Source: Acidobacteriota bacterium
GTDB taxonomy: Bacteria; Acidobacteriota; Thermoanaerobaculia; Multivoradales; UBA5704
DNA: 64,000 bases
NCBI GenBank assembly: GCA_040005235.1
Contig: JBDTZG010000016.1
Span: forward strand, 1 to 64,000
Direction of reading: 5' to 3'
The notes under the pieces are model-generated. The model was not told where the DNA came from, ran no database searches, and saw nothing but the letters and a program-made list of their open reading frames with translations. The translations under genes were made by a program, and so were the position numbers. Positions 51,070 to 59,613 of this stretch are shown here, one piece after another; within the stretch, counting starts at the first letter, position 1; every line of letters begins with the position of its first letter.

Positions 51070-53223
51070 CTAGTTCTTGCACTGGGGCGAGGCCGGCGTG
51101 GTCATCGCGCAATTGTCCGCGGTTCCCCCCGGTACCGTGGCGCCCCACAGCGGAGCCGCCTGGTTCGGGCAGGTGGTCTGCACGCTCACCATCATGCCGC
51201 GGTCTTCGTGGCCGAGGAAATGGCAGTGGATCACGTACTCGCCGGTGAAATCGAGGAACCGGCTGCGGGTGACGATCGAGCCCCAAGTGAGGCAGCCGCA
51301 CACCGACTGCTGGCCCGGCACGGTGGTCTTCCATTGGCCGTTCCACGTTGCGCCCGCGTTGGTGCAGACCGTCGGGCATTTCACTTTGGCGTCGTCGTTG
51401 CTCCAGATCGGCCCGGCGTTGACGTCGGTCGGCGTCGTCGCCACGGAAGGCAGCGGGAACGTGTCCCACCAGATCCAAGGCGGGTCGAGGGGCTTGCCGT
51501 TCTGGGAGATGATTTGGTACGGGTTGGTGTGGATGTGGAACGGATGCTTCGGCCGCGAGCTGTTCTGTACCGTCCACTGCTCGGCCTTCCCCAGCGTCAT
51601 CGTATCGTCGACGCAGGTCGGATCGAACTGCTTGTTGTTGATGAAGAAGGCGTTCTGCTGTTTGCCCTGCACGCCCGTCATGCTGAACAGGATCGTGCGG
51701 TCGTTCCCGATCTCAGACGTCTGAATGTCTTTGAGGAACGGCGGCATCGGCGGCCATTGCGCCTGGGTGGGGTAGGTCATCGGTTTCGGAGTGCCGACGA
51801 CATTTACGGTGAGAAGTGGCGGCTTCGTGACGGTCGCGGCGGCGGTGGAAAGCGCGGCGGAGAGCCCCTTGAGCGAACCTTGAAGCAGCTGAGTCTTTCC
51901 GCCCTGGGGCGCGGCCCGGAGATTTTGTAGTAGACCCTTGCGCTGAACGTCCAGCCGGGCTTTGATCGCCGGATCGAGCTGGCCGATCACGTCGTAGGTC
52001 AGGAGATGGAGGCCCGAAGTCATGGGCGCCTGGACCAACAGGTCGACGCGATTGCCGGGCGACAGGACCATGTTCTGGACGCCTTGGGAGATCAGCGGCT
52101 GGCTGCCGTAGTTTTCGGGCGCGAACTGCACGCCGTCCTGGGCGATCTGCTTTAAAATCGGTGCCGATCTCGTTTCAAAGCCGATCGTCAGCTGGGCCGA
52201 TGACTGCATCGTTTCGTTAACCAGGCGCCAGCGCTGGATCTCGCCCGGACGCATGGTGATTATGGGATTGGCCTGGCCGTTGATCAGCGGCGAAGGCGGT
52301 GCGTAGGTAGGGTCTTTCTCGAAGAAGTTCAGCTCGTTGTCCAGCTGCTGGACCACCAGCAACTTCTCGTCCAGACCGCCCGATGGTTTGAAAAAGCCGT
52401 TCAGCCAATCGTCGAAAGGCCCGTGGATCAAAAGGGCGCCGCCCATGCCGTTCAGCAGCTGGAGCGCCACCGCGCCGTGTTTGTGCGGGTGGTACCAGTG
52501 GGTGCCTTCGGCCTGATTTGAGGGGAACGGGTTGATCGAGTACTGGTAGGTGCCGGTGGCGGCGAGGCCGCGGCTGTGGGCGTGAACCATGCTGCCGGCA
52601 GGAGTGCCCTCTGGCGCCAGATCGAGCAGCACGTAGTCCTGCGGCGCCTGGGGCGAAACGTGGGTGCCATGGAAGTGCAGGTTGGTGTTGTTGTCGCCAT
52701 GGAAGCAGGCGGGGAACGTCTCTTGCGGACAGCCGTTGGCACAGGTAGAGGGGCAGGGCTGGCCCGCTGCCGGGCAGCATTCTTTGTTGCTCGCAGAACA
52801 GGCCGAATCGCAAGGGCCGCCCGTGCTGGGCAGCACCGGCAGCTGATTGACCAGCAGGATCTTCAACGCGTCGCCGTCGCTCGACGTCGGGGTGGTGGCG
52901 CGGCGCACGCTGAACGTGGGGCCCGGGGTCGAGAAGATCAGCTGGGTGCTCCCCGGCTTGGCCGGGAAGCCATAGGTGCGCAGCTTCATCGACTGCATCT
53001 GCCAGGTGGTTGTCGCGTTGTCGAACACCGGCACGCAGGGGTTGTCCTTCATCTGCACGACCAGTGTGGTGGAGAGGATGTGGTTGGGGTCGGCGGTCAG
53101 CACCGTGGGCTGCTTGAGAGGTTGCAGCTGGGCCGGCCCGCAGGGCGTCTGGGCGCGGGCGGCACCGGTGAGAAGAGCCAACAGGAATACGGCGGGGACG
53201 GCGAAACGTAAGCGTTGGATCAC
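51070..53223 (-). CDS. Secreted multicopper oxidase with a Cys-rich insert and an MVL-like lectin insert
   Basis: Signal peptide after a GGGAGG SD; TNLHFHG, WYHPHKH, HPFHIH and HCHFLGHEDRGMM. Confidence 0.9.
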   Translation of the reverse strand: MIQRLRFAVPAVFLLALLTGAARAQTPCGPAQLQPLKQPTVLTADPNHILSTTLVVQMKDNPCVPVFDNATTTWQMQSMKLRTYGFPAKPGSTQLIFSTPGPTFSVRRATTPTSSDGDALKILLVNQLPVLPSTGGPCDSACSASNKECCPAAGQPCPSTCANGCPQETFPACFHGDNNTNLHFHGTHVSPQAPQDYVLLDLAPEGTPAGSMVHAHSRGLAATGTYQYSINPFPSNQAEGTHWYHPHKHGAVALQLLNGMGGALLIHGPFDDWLNGFFKPSGGLDEKLLVVQQLDNELNFFEKDPTYAPPSPLINGQANPIITMRPGEIQRWRLVNETMQSSAQLTIGFETRSAPILKQIAQDGVQFAPENYGSQPLISQGVQNMVLSPGNRVDLLVQAPMTSGLHLLTYDVIGQLDPAIKARLDVQRKGLLQNLRAAPQGGKTQLLQGSLKGLSAALSTAAATVTKPPLLTVNVVGTPKPMTYPTQAQWPPMPPFLKDIQTSEIGNDRTILFSMTGVQGKQQNAFFINNKQFDPTCVDDTMTLGKAEQWTVQNSSRPKHPFHIHTNPYQIISQNGKPLDPPWIWWDTFPLPSVATTPTDVNAGPIWSNDDAKVKCPTVCTNAGATWNGQWKTTVPGQQSVCGCLTWGSIVTRSRFLDFTGEYVIHCHFLGHEDRGMMVSVQTTCPNQAAPLWGATVPGGTADNCAMTTPASPQCKN

Positions 53224-53404
53224 GTTCGTTTCCTCCCAAGGCCGCCGCCGGGAAGCGGGGTCAACGAGCCTCCGGCGGCAGGGTTGATCAGACGGTGAAT
53301 TCAAGGCCGAGGCTACACCCGGAGTTGCGCGAGGTCAAACGACAACTAGAGGATGCAAGAGCTACTTGCCGGTCCGCTCTCCTGCGGCATACCATCCCCG
53401 CCTC

Positions 53405-54619
53405 ATGGCGGACAACGAGCCGAAATCCGAGCCGCGCGGCGACCGAGAGCTGGTGCCGCGACTGGACGATCAGGGATATACGGCCGAAGCGCTGGGCCTA
53501 CGCCGCGCCTGGGTGGAGGAGCGCACCGGAACGCAACTCGCGGCCATCGGCGGTGGCGCGATTCCCGCCGAAAAGATGCGCGGCAACATCGAAAACCCGA
53601 TCGGCGAGGCGCGTGTGCCGCTCGGCGTTGCCGGGCCGCTGGTGATCCACGGCGAGCATGCGAAAGGCGCCTTCTACGTGCCTTTGGCGACGACCGAAGG
53701 CGCCTTGATCCGCTCGTATGAAAGGGGAATGGTCGCGATCTCGCGCTCGGGAGGCGCCACGGCTCGGGTGCTCGCCGACGAGAACCGTGTGTCGCCGATC
53801 TTCCGCTTTCCCGACGTCGCCGCGGCGGCCGGTTTCGTTCGCGCCCTTCCCGAGCGATTCGCCGAGCTGGCCGCGGCGGCCGAAGCGACCACCCGCCATG
53901 GCAAGCTTCTGCGGATCGAGCCGCAGCTGCTCGGCCGGAAGGTGATCCTGCATTTCGTCTATTCGACCGGCGACGCCCACGGCATGAACATGATCGTCAA
54001 GGCGACTGACGCGGCCTGCCGCCGGCTCGCGCCGGAGACCGAGGGTTACTTCATCTTCAGCGGCGCCGAATCGGAAAAGCACGCGAGCGGCTCGCTGCTC
54101 GCGGGCGGTAAGGGCAAGCGGGTGACCGCGGGCGCTCTGCTGCCGGCCCGGGTGGTTCGAGCCTATCTGCATGCGACGCCGGAAGCGATGGTCGAAGTCT
54201 GGCAACACACTGTGCTCGGACATCTCCAGGCCGGGGTGGTCGGCTACAACGGGCACTTCGCCAACGGCCTGACGGCCCTCTTCATCGCCTGCGGCCAGGA
54301 CGTTGCGAATATCGCGAACGCCGCCGTCGGCGTGGGGCACTTCGAGCGGACGGCGTCCGGCGATCTCTACGCCAGCGTCACACTCCCTTCGCTCACCGTC
54401 GCGACCGTCGGCGGCGGCACGGGGCTCGGCACCGGCCGCGAATGCTTGGAGATGCTCGGCTGTTACGGCGCAGGCAAGGCGAAAAAGCTCGCCGAGATCG
54501 CGGCGGCGCTGGTGCTCGCGGGCGAGCTGTCGATGGCCGGCGCGATCGCGAGCGGCGAGTTCGTCCAAGCGCACGAAACCTACGGCCGCAACCGGCCCCT
54601 TCCTCCAGAGGCGTCGTGA
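53405..54619 (+). CDS. Class I HMG-CoA reductase-like protein
   Basis: ENPIG..VPLGVAGP, PLATTEG, TGDAHGMNM, GQD.A, TVGGGT, LAGELS and C-terminal His. Confidence 0.88.
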   Translation: MADNEPKSEPRGDRELVPRLDDQGYTAEALGLRRAWVEERTGTQLAAIGGGAIPAEKMRGNIENPIGEARVPLGVAGPLVIHGEHAKGAFYVPLATTEGALIRSYERGMVAISRSGGATARVLADENRVSPIFRFPDVAAAAGFVRALPERFAELAAAAEATTRHGKLLRIEPQLLGRKVILHFVYSTGDAHGMNMIVKATDAACRRLAPETEGYFIFSGAESEKHASGSLLAGGKGKRVTAGALLPARVVRAYLHATPEAMVEVWQHTVLGHLQAGVVGYNGHFANGLTALFIACGQDVANIANAAVGVGHFERTASGDLYASVTLPSLTVATVGGGTGLGTGRECLEMLGCYGAGKAKKLAEIAAALVLAGELSMAGAIASGEFVQAHETYGRNRPLPPEAS

Positions 54620-56127
54620 AGCGCCGCTTCCGCGGCCTGCGTACCGCTCCTGATTCCCATTACGACGCGATCCTGATCGGCTCCGGAGTCGGCGGCCTGG
54701 TCGCCGGCAACCTTCTCGCCCGCGCTGGGATGAAGGTCCTCCTCGTCGAGCAGCACTATATGGTCGGCGGCTATTGCAGCACCTTCCGACGCGGCGGCTA
54801 CACGTTCGACGCCGCAACCCATTTCTATCCCCTGCTCGGCAACCCGGACACGCTCACCGGACGGCTGCTCGGCGAGCTGGGGGTGACGACCGGCTGGGTG
54901 AAGATGGACCCGGTCGACACGTTTCACTTTCCCGACGGTTCCCGCTTCGAAGTGCCGGCCGATCTGGCCGGCTATCAGGCGAAAGTGAAGGCCGAGTTCC
55001 CCGAAGAAGCCGCGGCGCTCGATGGCTTCTTCGCCGAGGTGAAAGAGGTCTATTTCCTCGGCCTGCTCCACTATTTCCGCGGCAAGCCGATCGCCCAGAT
55101 GGATCGCCTAATGAAAGTACGCGACCTCACCTTGCGCCAGGTGCTCGACGCGCGCTTCCGCGACCGCAAACTCAAGCTCCTGCTCGCCGCCGACTGCCCC
55201 CATTGGGGCTCAGCCCCAGGGCGCACCTCGTTCGTCTTCGATTCGATGCTCCGGCTCTCCTACTTCCTAGGCAACTACTACCCAAAAGGGGGCTCCCAGG
55301 CGTTCGCCGACGAGCTGGCCCTCCGCTTCGAAGAGCAAGGAGGCCACCTGCTCACCAGCGCGCAGGTTCGACGGATTCACCTCGAGCAGGGAAGGGCGAA
55401 AGGGGTCGATCTCGAAGTCCTACGCGGACCGGTGAAGGCGCACTTTCCCGGTGGCCGAATCGCGAGCGACGTGGTGATTTCAAACGCCGATCTGCTCCAG
55501 ACCCTGGAACAGTTGGTCGGCCCGGAGCACCTCCCTCCCGAGATGCTGGCGGAGACCCGCTCGCTCCGCCCGACGTTTCCCTGCTGGCTCACGCACCTGG
55601 GGCTGGTCGACGTTTCGAACGAGGAGCTGGAGCGGGTTCAAGGCTACTACTGGGACGGCTGGGACATGGACCGCGTTGGGGTCGACGCGCTGCGCTTCAA
55701 GCTGTTCGCGCCGACCCTCTACGAGCCGGAAATGGCGCCGCCCGGCGGTCAAGTGTTGATCATCCAGAAGGTGTTGGAGATGGACTACGCGAAGGTCGAG
55801 GACTGGCCACGCCACAAGGCCGAGATCGAGGCGTTTCTGTTCGGTCACCTGGAGCGGCTGATGCCGGGGATCGGCAAGAAGATCGTGGTCCGCACCAGCG
55901 CCTCGGCGCAAACCTCCTACCGCTTCACGCTCAATACCCAGGGCGCCATGCTCGGCTGGGAGATGTCGCCCGATCAGTTGGGGGACGGCCGGCCGGCGAT
56001 CGAAACCCCGATCGAAGGACTCCACTGCGTCGGCCACTGGACCCGTCCCGGCGGCGGCATCACCCCGGTGATCGTCTCGGCGCAGCAGGTGGCGCAGAGG
56101 GTTCTGGCGGGCGGCGGCGGAGACTAG
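54616..56127 (+). CDS. FAD-dependent oxidoreductase, phytoene desaturase/retinol saturase family
   Basis: IGSGVGGL, E.H...GGYC..F.R.GY.FD, YPKGG and G.WT.PGGG. Confidence 0.88.
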   Translation: MKRRFRGLRTAPDSHYDAILIGSGVGGLVAGNLLARAGMKVLLVEQHYMVGGYCSTFRRGGYTFDAATHFYPLLGNPDTLTGRLLGELGVTTGWVKMDPVDTFHFPDGSRFEVPADLAGYQAKVKAEFPEEAAALDGFFAEVKEVYFLGLLHYFRGKPIAQMDRLMKVRDLTLRQVLDARFRDRKLKLLLAADCPHWGSAPGRTSFVFDSMLRLSYFLGNYYPKGGSQAFADELALRFEEQGGHLLTSAQVRRIHLEQGRAKGVDLEVLRGPVKAHFPGGRIASDVVISNADLLQTLEQLVGPEHLPPEMLAETRSLRPTFPCWLTHLGLVDVSNEELERVQGYYWDGWDMDRVGVDALRFKLFAPTLYEPEMAPPGGQVLIIQKVLEMDYAKVEDWPRHKAEIEAFLFGHLERLMPGIGKKIVVRTSASAQTSYRFTLNTQGAMLGWEMSPDQLGDGRPAIETPIEGLHCVGHWTRPGGGITPVIVSAQQVAQRVLAGGGGD

Positions 56128-57086
56128 CTTCCGAGGCCGAGTTCATCGATCGAGCTCACTTCCAAGATCCGATCAGTGAATCCGCCCAACTCATCCAGAG
56201 AGGAGATGGCTTCGATCCGTCGCCTAGTCGCGGGCGAAACCGCTCCAAAGCGCTGCCCGATTTGGCGGAGGAGGGTGGAGCGGAGGCGTTCAATGCCCTT
56301 CTCCATTCCTTTCTCCATTCCCCTCTCCATCCCCTTCTGGAGCCCCGCTTGCTCGTATTGCGCTTGCATCCGATCGGCCCATGTCAGTTCCATCGCTTCG
56401 ACCTCCGGAGTAGGTTCGGCGGCGCGAAGGGCTGCGTATTCCGTTGCCTCGCGACCCGCCAATTGTAGATACGTTTCGACACAGTTGGTCAACAGGAATT
56501 TCTTCGCCTCGCCGATTCGGGACGAGGCGATTTTCCTCTGTAGCGCGAGCTTGAGGCGAGCCCTGCCCAGCTTGCCAGGAAGAGCCAGCGAGGCGAGCGC
56601 CCAGGCCAGCGGCTCGGGGCGATCCAGGAGAATCTCGGCCGGCATGCGGGAGAGGCCGAGAGATAGGAAACGGAAGCGGTGGATCTCCTCGTCGAACGCC
56701 TGCTCGGCGCAGACGGTCCATTGGGCCCCGGGTGGGCCGCCTCTCAGAAAGACGACGATCGAGACCACGGGCCGAGCGTAGTACAAGCAGATCTGGAACG
56801 AATAGCGCCAGAGCCTGCGGCTGATCGAGGTGCGGAATTGGCGCTCGATCTCTACGTGGACCAACGGTTTGCGCTCGCCGGAGCCGCTGGGAATCTCGGC
56901 GAGGAGGTCGGCCTCCCGGCGCCGGCCTTCCGGTAGGTCGTGAAACACCTCCTTGTCGAGAAATGTGATGGCTCGCAATCCGAAGTCTTCGGCGAGGCGG
57001 CTCGCCAGGCCGGGGTCGGCCAAGCGAACGAGCTCTGGGAAGAAAGCTCGAAACAGGTCTTTGAACATCTGATCGTGGCGGTTCAT
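56124..57086 (-). CDS. Rpn/YhgA-like PD-(D/E)XK nuclease with a DUF4351-like C-terminus
   Basis: HDQMFK.L, ADLL, HVEIE, GME[RK] repeats and LLRQI..RFG. Confidence 0.85.
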   Translation of the reverse strand: MNRHDQMFKDLFRAFFPELVRLADPGLASRLAEDFGLRAITFLDKEVFHDLPEGRRREADLLAEIPSGSGERKPLVHVEIERQFRTSISRRLWRYSFQICLYYARPVVSIVVFLRGGPPGAQWTVCAEQAFDEEIHRFRFLSLGLSRMPAEILLDRPEPLAWALASLALPGKLGRARLKLALQRKIASSRIGEAKKFLLTNCVETYLQLAGREATEYAALRAAEPTPEVEAMELTWADRMQAQYEQAGLQKGMERGMEKGMEKGIERLRSTLLRQIGQRFGAVSPATRRRIEAISSLDELGGFTDRILEVSSIDELGLGS

Positions 57087-57224
57087 GGCGGTGGACGCCC
57101 TCCTACCGCTCTAAAGACGCGAATCACCCCCTGACTCTTGATGGTTCGGCGTAATTCGTTCGAATTCCTCGGCTAACCCGGCCCGGTGCTATCGTTTCGG
57201 GCCACGAACCGGAGGGAGCCTCAA

Positions 57225-58172
57225 ATGCTGCGCCCCCTGCTGTCGATCGGAGGGATTTTGTTCGCCACCGCTTGCGCCGCGACCGCACCGCCTGCTTCGA
57301 AACCTCTGTCGGAGGTGCCGAAACCGGCTCTCCCGGAAGTTTCTGCCGCGATCGGATCCGCATTGGCCGGTGCCAAGGGAACCACCGCGGTCTCGTTCTA
57401 CGACCTCGCCACGGGGGAGACCGCCGGGCGCGAGGAACACCGGCGGTTCCACGCCGCGAGCACGATGAAGGTTCCGGTGCTGGTCGAGCTGTTCCGGGCG
57501 ATCGATCGGGGGGAAATGGCACTGGACCGTCCGGTCCCGGTGAAGAACGAGTTCAAGAGCCTGGTGGACGGCTCGCCGTTCAGCCTGAACCAAGAGGAGG
57601 ACGGCGACCCGGATCTTTACGCGGCGGTGGGGGAGAGCCGGGCGCTGGGCGAGCTGGCGCGGCGGATGATCCAGCGCAGCTCGAACCTTTCGACCAACCT
57701 GCTGATCGAGCTGCTGGGCGCGAAGCGCGTGACCGCCGCGATGCGAGAGCTGGGTGCCAGCGAGATCGAAGTCCTACGCGGGGTGGAAGACCAGAAGGCG
57801 TTCGATGCCGGGTTGATCAACTCGACGACCGCCTATGATCTCCAAGTCATCCTGCGCGCGATTGCCGAGAAGAAGGCGGTCTCAGGGGCGGCGAGCGCGG
57901 CGATGATCGAGATCCTGGAGGGCCAAGAGTTCAAGGAGAAGATCCCGGCGGGCCTGCCTCCTGGAACGCGGGTGGCTAACAAGACCGGCGACATCACGGG
58001 CATCCACCACGACGCGGCGATCATTTTTCCTCCGGGGCCGCCGGGCCGGGCGCCTTACGTGCTGGTGGTGCTCACGGAAGGGTACCCGAGCGAAGAAGAG
58101 GCAGATGCCTCGATCGGGGCGGTCTCGAAGGCGGTATGGCAGGCGGTACAGGCGGGCGCAAGCTCACGATAG
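57225..58172 (+). CDS. Class A beta-lactamase-like serine hydrolase (probable lipoprotein)
   Basis: AASTMK (SxxK), SSN, NKTG and HDAAI. Confidence 0.88.
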   Translation: MLRPLLSIGGILFATACAATAPPASKPLSEVPKPALPEVSAAIGSALAGAKGTTAVSFYDLATGETAGREEHRRFHAASTMKVPVLVELFRAIDRGEMALDRPVPVKNEFKSLVDGSPFSLNQEEDGDPDLYAAVGESRALGELARRMIQRSSNLSTNLLIELLGAKRVTAAMRELGASEIEVLRGVEDQKAFDAGLINSTTAYDLQVILRAIAEKKAVSGAASAAMIEILEGQEFKEKIPAGLPPGTRVANKTGDITGIHHDAAIIFPPGPPGRAPYVLVVLTEGYPSEEEADASIGAVSKAVWQAVQAGASSR

Positions 58173-58224
58173 AATCCGCAGAACCCTGGGAGGTACCCTC
58201 CCTTTAGACCCGAACGAGGGACGC

Positions 58225-59292
58225 ATGAGCTTGAAGCCGATCGACAGCATCGTGGGCCACCTGGGTGCCGACGCGGACGACCTCCTCTCTTTCACCTGCA
58301 AGGGCATCCCCAAAGAGATGCTGACCCTTCCGGGTCCCGATTACATCGACCGGGCGTTCGCGCTCTCGGACCGGAAGACCCAGGTGCTGGTGAACCTCGG
58401 ACGGCTCTATGGCACCGGCCGGCTCGCGAACACGGGGTATCTGTCGATCCTGCCGGTCGATCAAGGCATCGAGCACTCGGCGGCGGCTTCGTTCGCGCCG
58501 AACCCGATCTATCTGGAGCCGGAAAACATCGTCAAGCTCGCGATCGAGGGGGGCTGCAACGCGGTCGCCTCGACGGTTGGCGTTCTCGGGGCGGTCGCCC
58601 GGAAGTACGCGCACAAAATCCCGTTCATCGCCAAGATCAACCACAACGAGCTGCTCACTTACCCGAACAAGGCGGAACAGATCCTGTTCGGCTCCGTCGA
58701 GCAGGCCTGGGAGATGGGCGCGGCGGCGGTCGGCGCCACGATCTACTTCGGTTCGGATGACGCCTCTCGCGAAATCGTCGAGATCGCCGAGGCGTTCCGG
58801 CATGCGCACGAGCTGGGGCTCGCGACCGTCCTCTGGTGCTACACCCGGAACAACGCTTTCAAGAAGGACGGCGTCGATTACCACACCGCCGCCGACCTCA
58901 CCGGTCAGGCGAACCATCTCGGCGTGACGATCCAGGCCGACATCATCAAGCAGAAGCTCGCCACCTTGAACGGTGGCTACCCCGCGATCGGCTTCGGCAA
59001 GACCAGCCCGAAGATCTACGGCGAGCTGGTCACCGACCATCCGATCGACTGGAACCGCTGGCAGGTCGCCAACTGCTACCTCGGCCGGATAGGACTGATC
59101 AACTCCGGCGGAGAATCCCAAGGCGCCGCCGACCTCGCCCACGCAGTCCGCACCGCGGTGATCAACAAGCGCGCCGCAGGCTGCGGCCTGATCTCCGGCC
59201 GGAAAGCCTTCCAGCGCCCGATGGCCGAAGGCGCCGCGCTGCTCATGGCGATTCAGGACGTGTACCTGTGCGACGAGGTGACGGTGGCGTAA
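58225..59292 (+). CDS. fbaB: Class I fructose-bisphosphate aldolase
   Basis: [30 protein letters not shown] and [10 protein letters not shown]. Confidence 0.96.
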   Translation: MSLKPIDSIVGHLGADADDLLSFTCKGIPKEMLTLPGPDYIDRAFALSDRKTQVLVNLGRLYGTGRLANTGYLSILPVDQGIEHSAAASFAPNPIYLEPENIVKLAIEGGCNAVASTVGVLGAVARKYAHKIPFIAKINHNELLTYPNKAEQILFGSVEQAWEMGAAAVGATIYFGSDDASREIVEIAEAFRHAHELGLATVLWCYTRNNAFKKDGVDYHTAADLTGQANHLGVTIQADIIKQKLATLNGGYPAIGFGKTSPKIYGELVTDHPIDWNRWQVANCYLGRIGLINSGGESQGAADLAHAVRTAVINKRAAGCGLISGRKAFQRPMAEGAALLMAIQDVYLCDEVTVA

Positions 59293-59316
59293 GGGGTGGG
59301 GCAGGGAGCTGGCCCG

Positions 59317-59448
59317 ATGCCCAGAGCTGACATCTACTGGATACCTGGCCCATGGCTGGGACGCTTGGCCATCGTGCCCCGTCCCCGGGGTAGTGACTGG
59401 CTCGGGGACGAGGCGCGGGCTTGGCGGGATGCCGGACTCTCGGTCATT
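59317..59448 (+). pseudogene. 5' remnant of a dual-specificity/tyrosine phosphatase-family gene
   Basis: MPRADIYWIPGPWLGRLAIVPRPRGSDWLGDEARAWRDAGLSVI resembles the family N-terminus; resemblance then stops, with no HCX5R motif; REP-like arms follow. Confidence 0.6.
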
Positions 59449-59474
59449 TGGCGCCGGGGGTCGTTGGTGCGCTG

Positions 59475-59534
59475 GAGACGCCCCGACAGCCAGCACCCGG
59501 GTAGGTCTGTGGTCGCGTCCTGGGGCGTCTCTAC
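59475..59534. repeat. REP-like inverted arms
   Basis: GAGACGCCCC (59475) and GGGGCGTCTCTAC (59522; the reverse complement begins GTAG). Confidence 0.5.
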
Positions 59535-59613
59535 CCCCTGCAGTGCCTCCGAGCAGGCGCGTAAACCCTGATAGCCTTGGCGCCTTCCGGTCTTTCGGAG
59601 GAGGCGCGCCGCG

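Noticed and set aside
56124-57086. Active IS transposase
   Set aside because: No terminal inverted repeats or target duplication were seen, and the Rpn family is not shown to transpose
57225-58172. Acquired antibiotic-resistance beta-lactamase
   Set aside because: SSN instead of SDN, host-like codon usage and no integron or IS context; more likely a resident serine hydrolase
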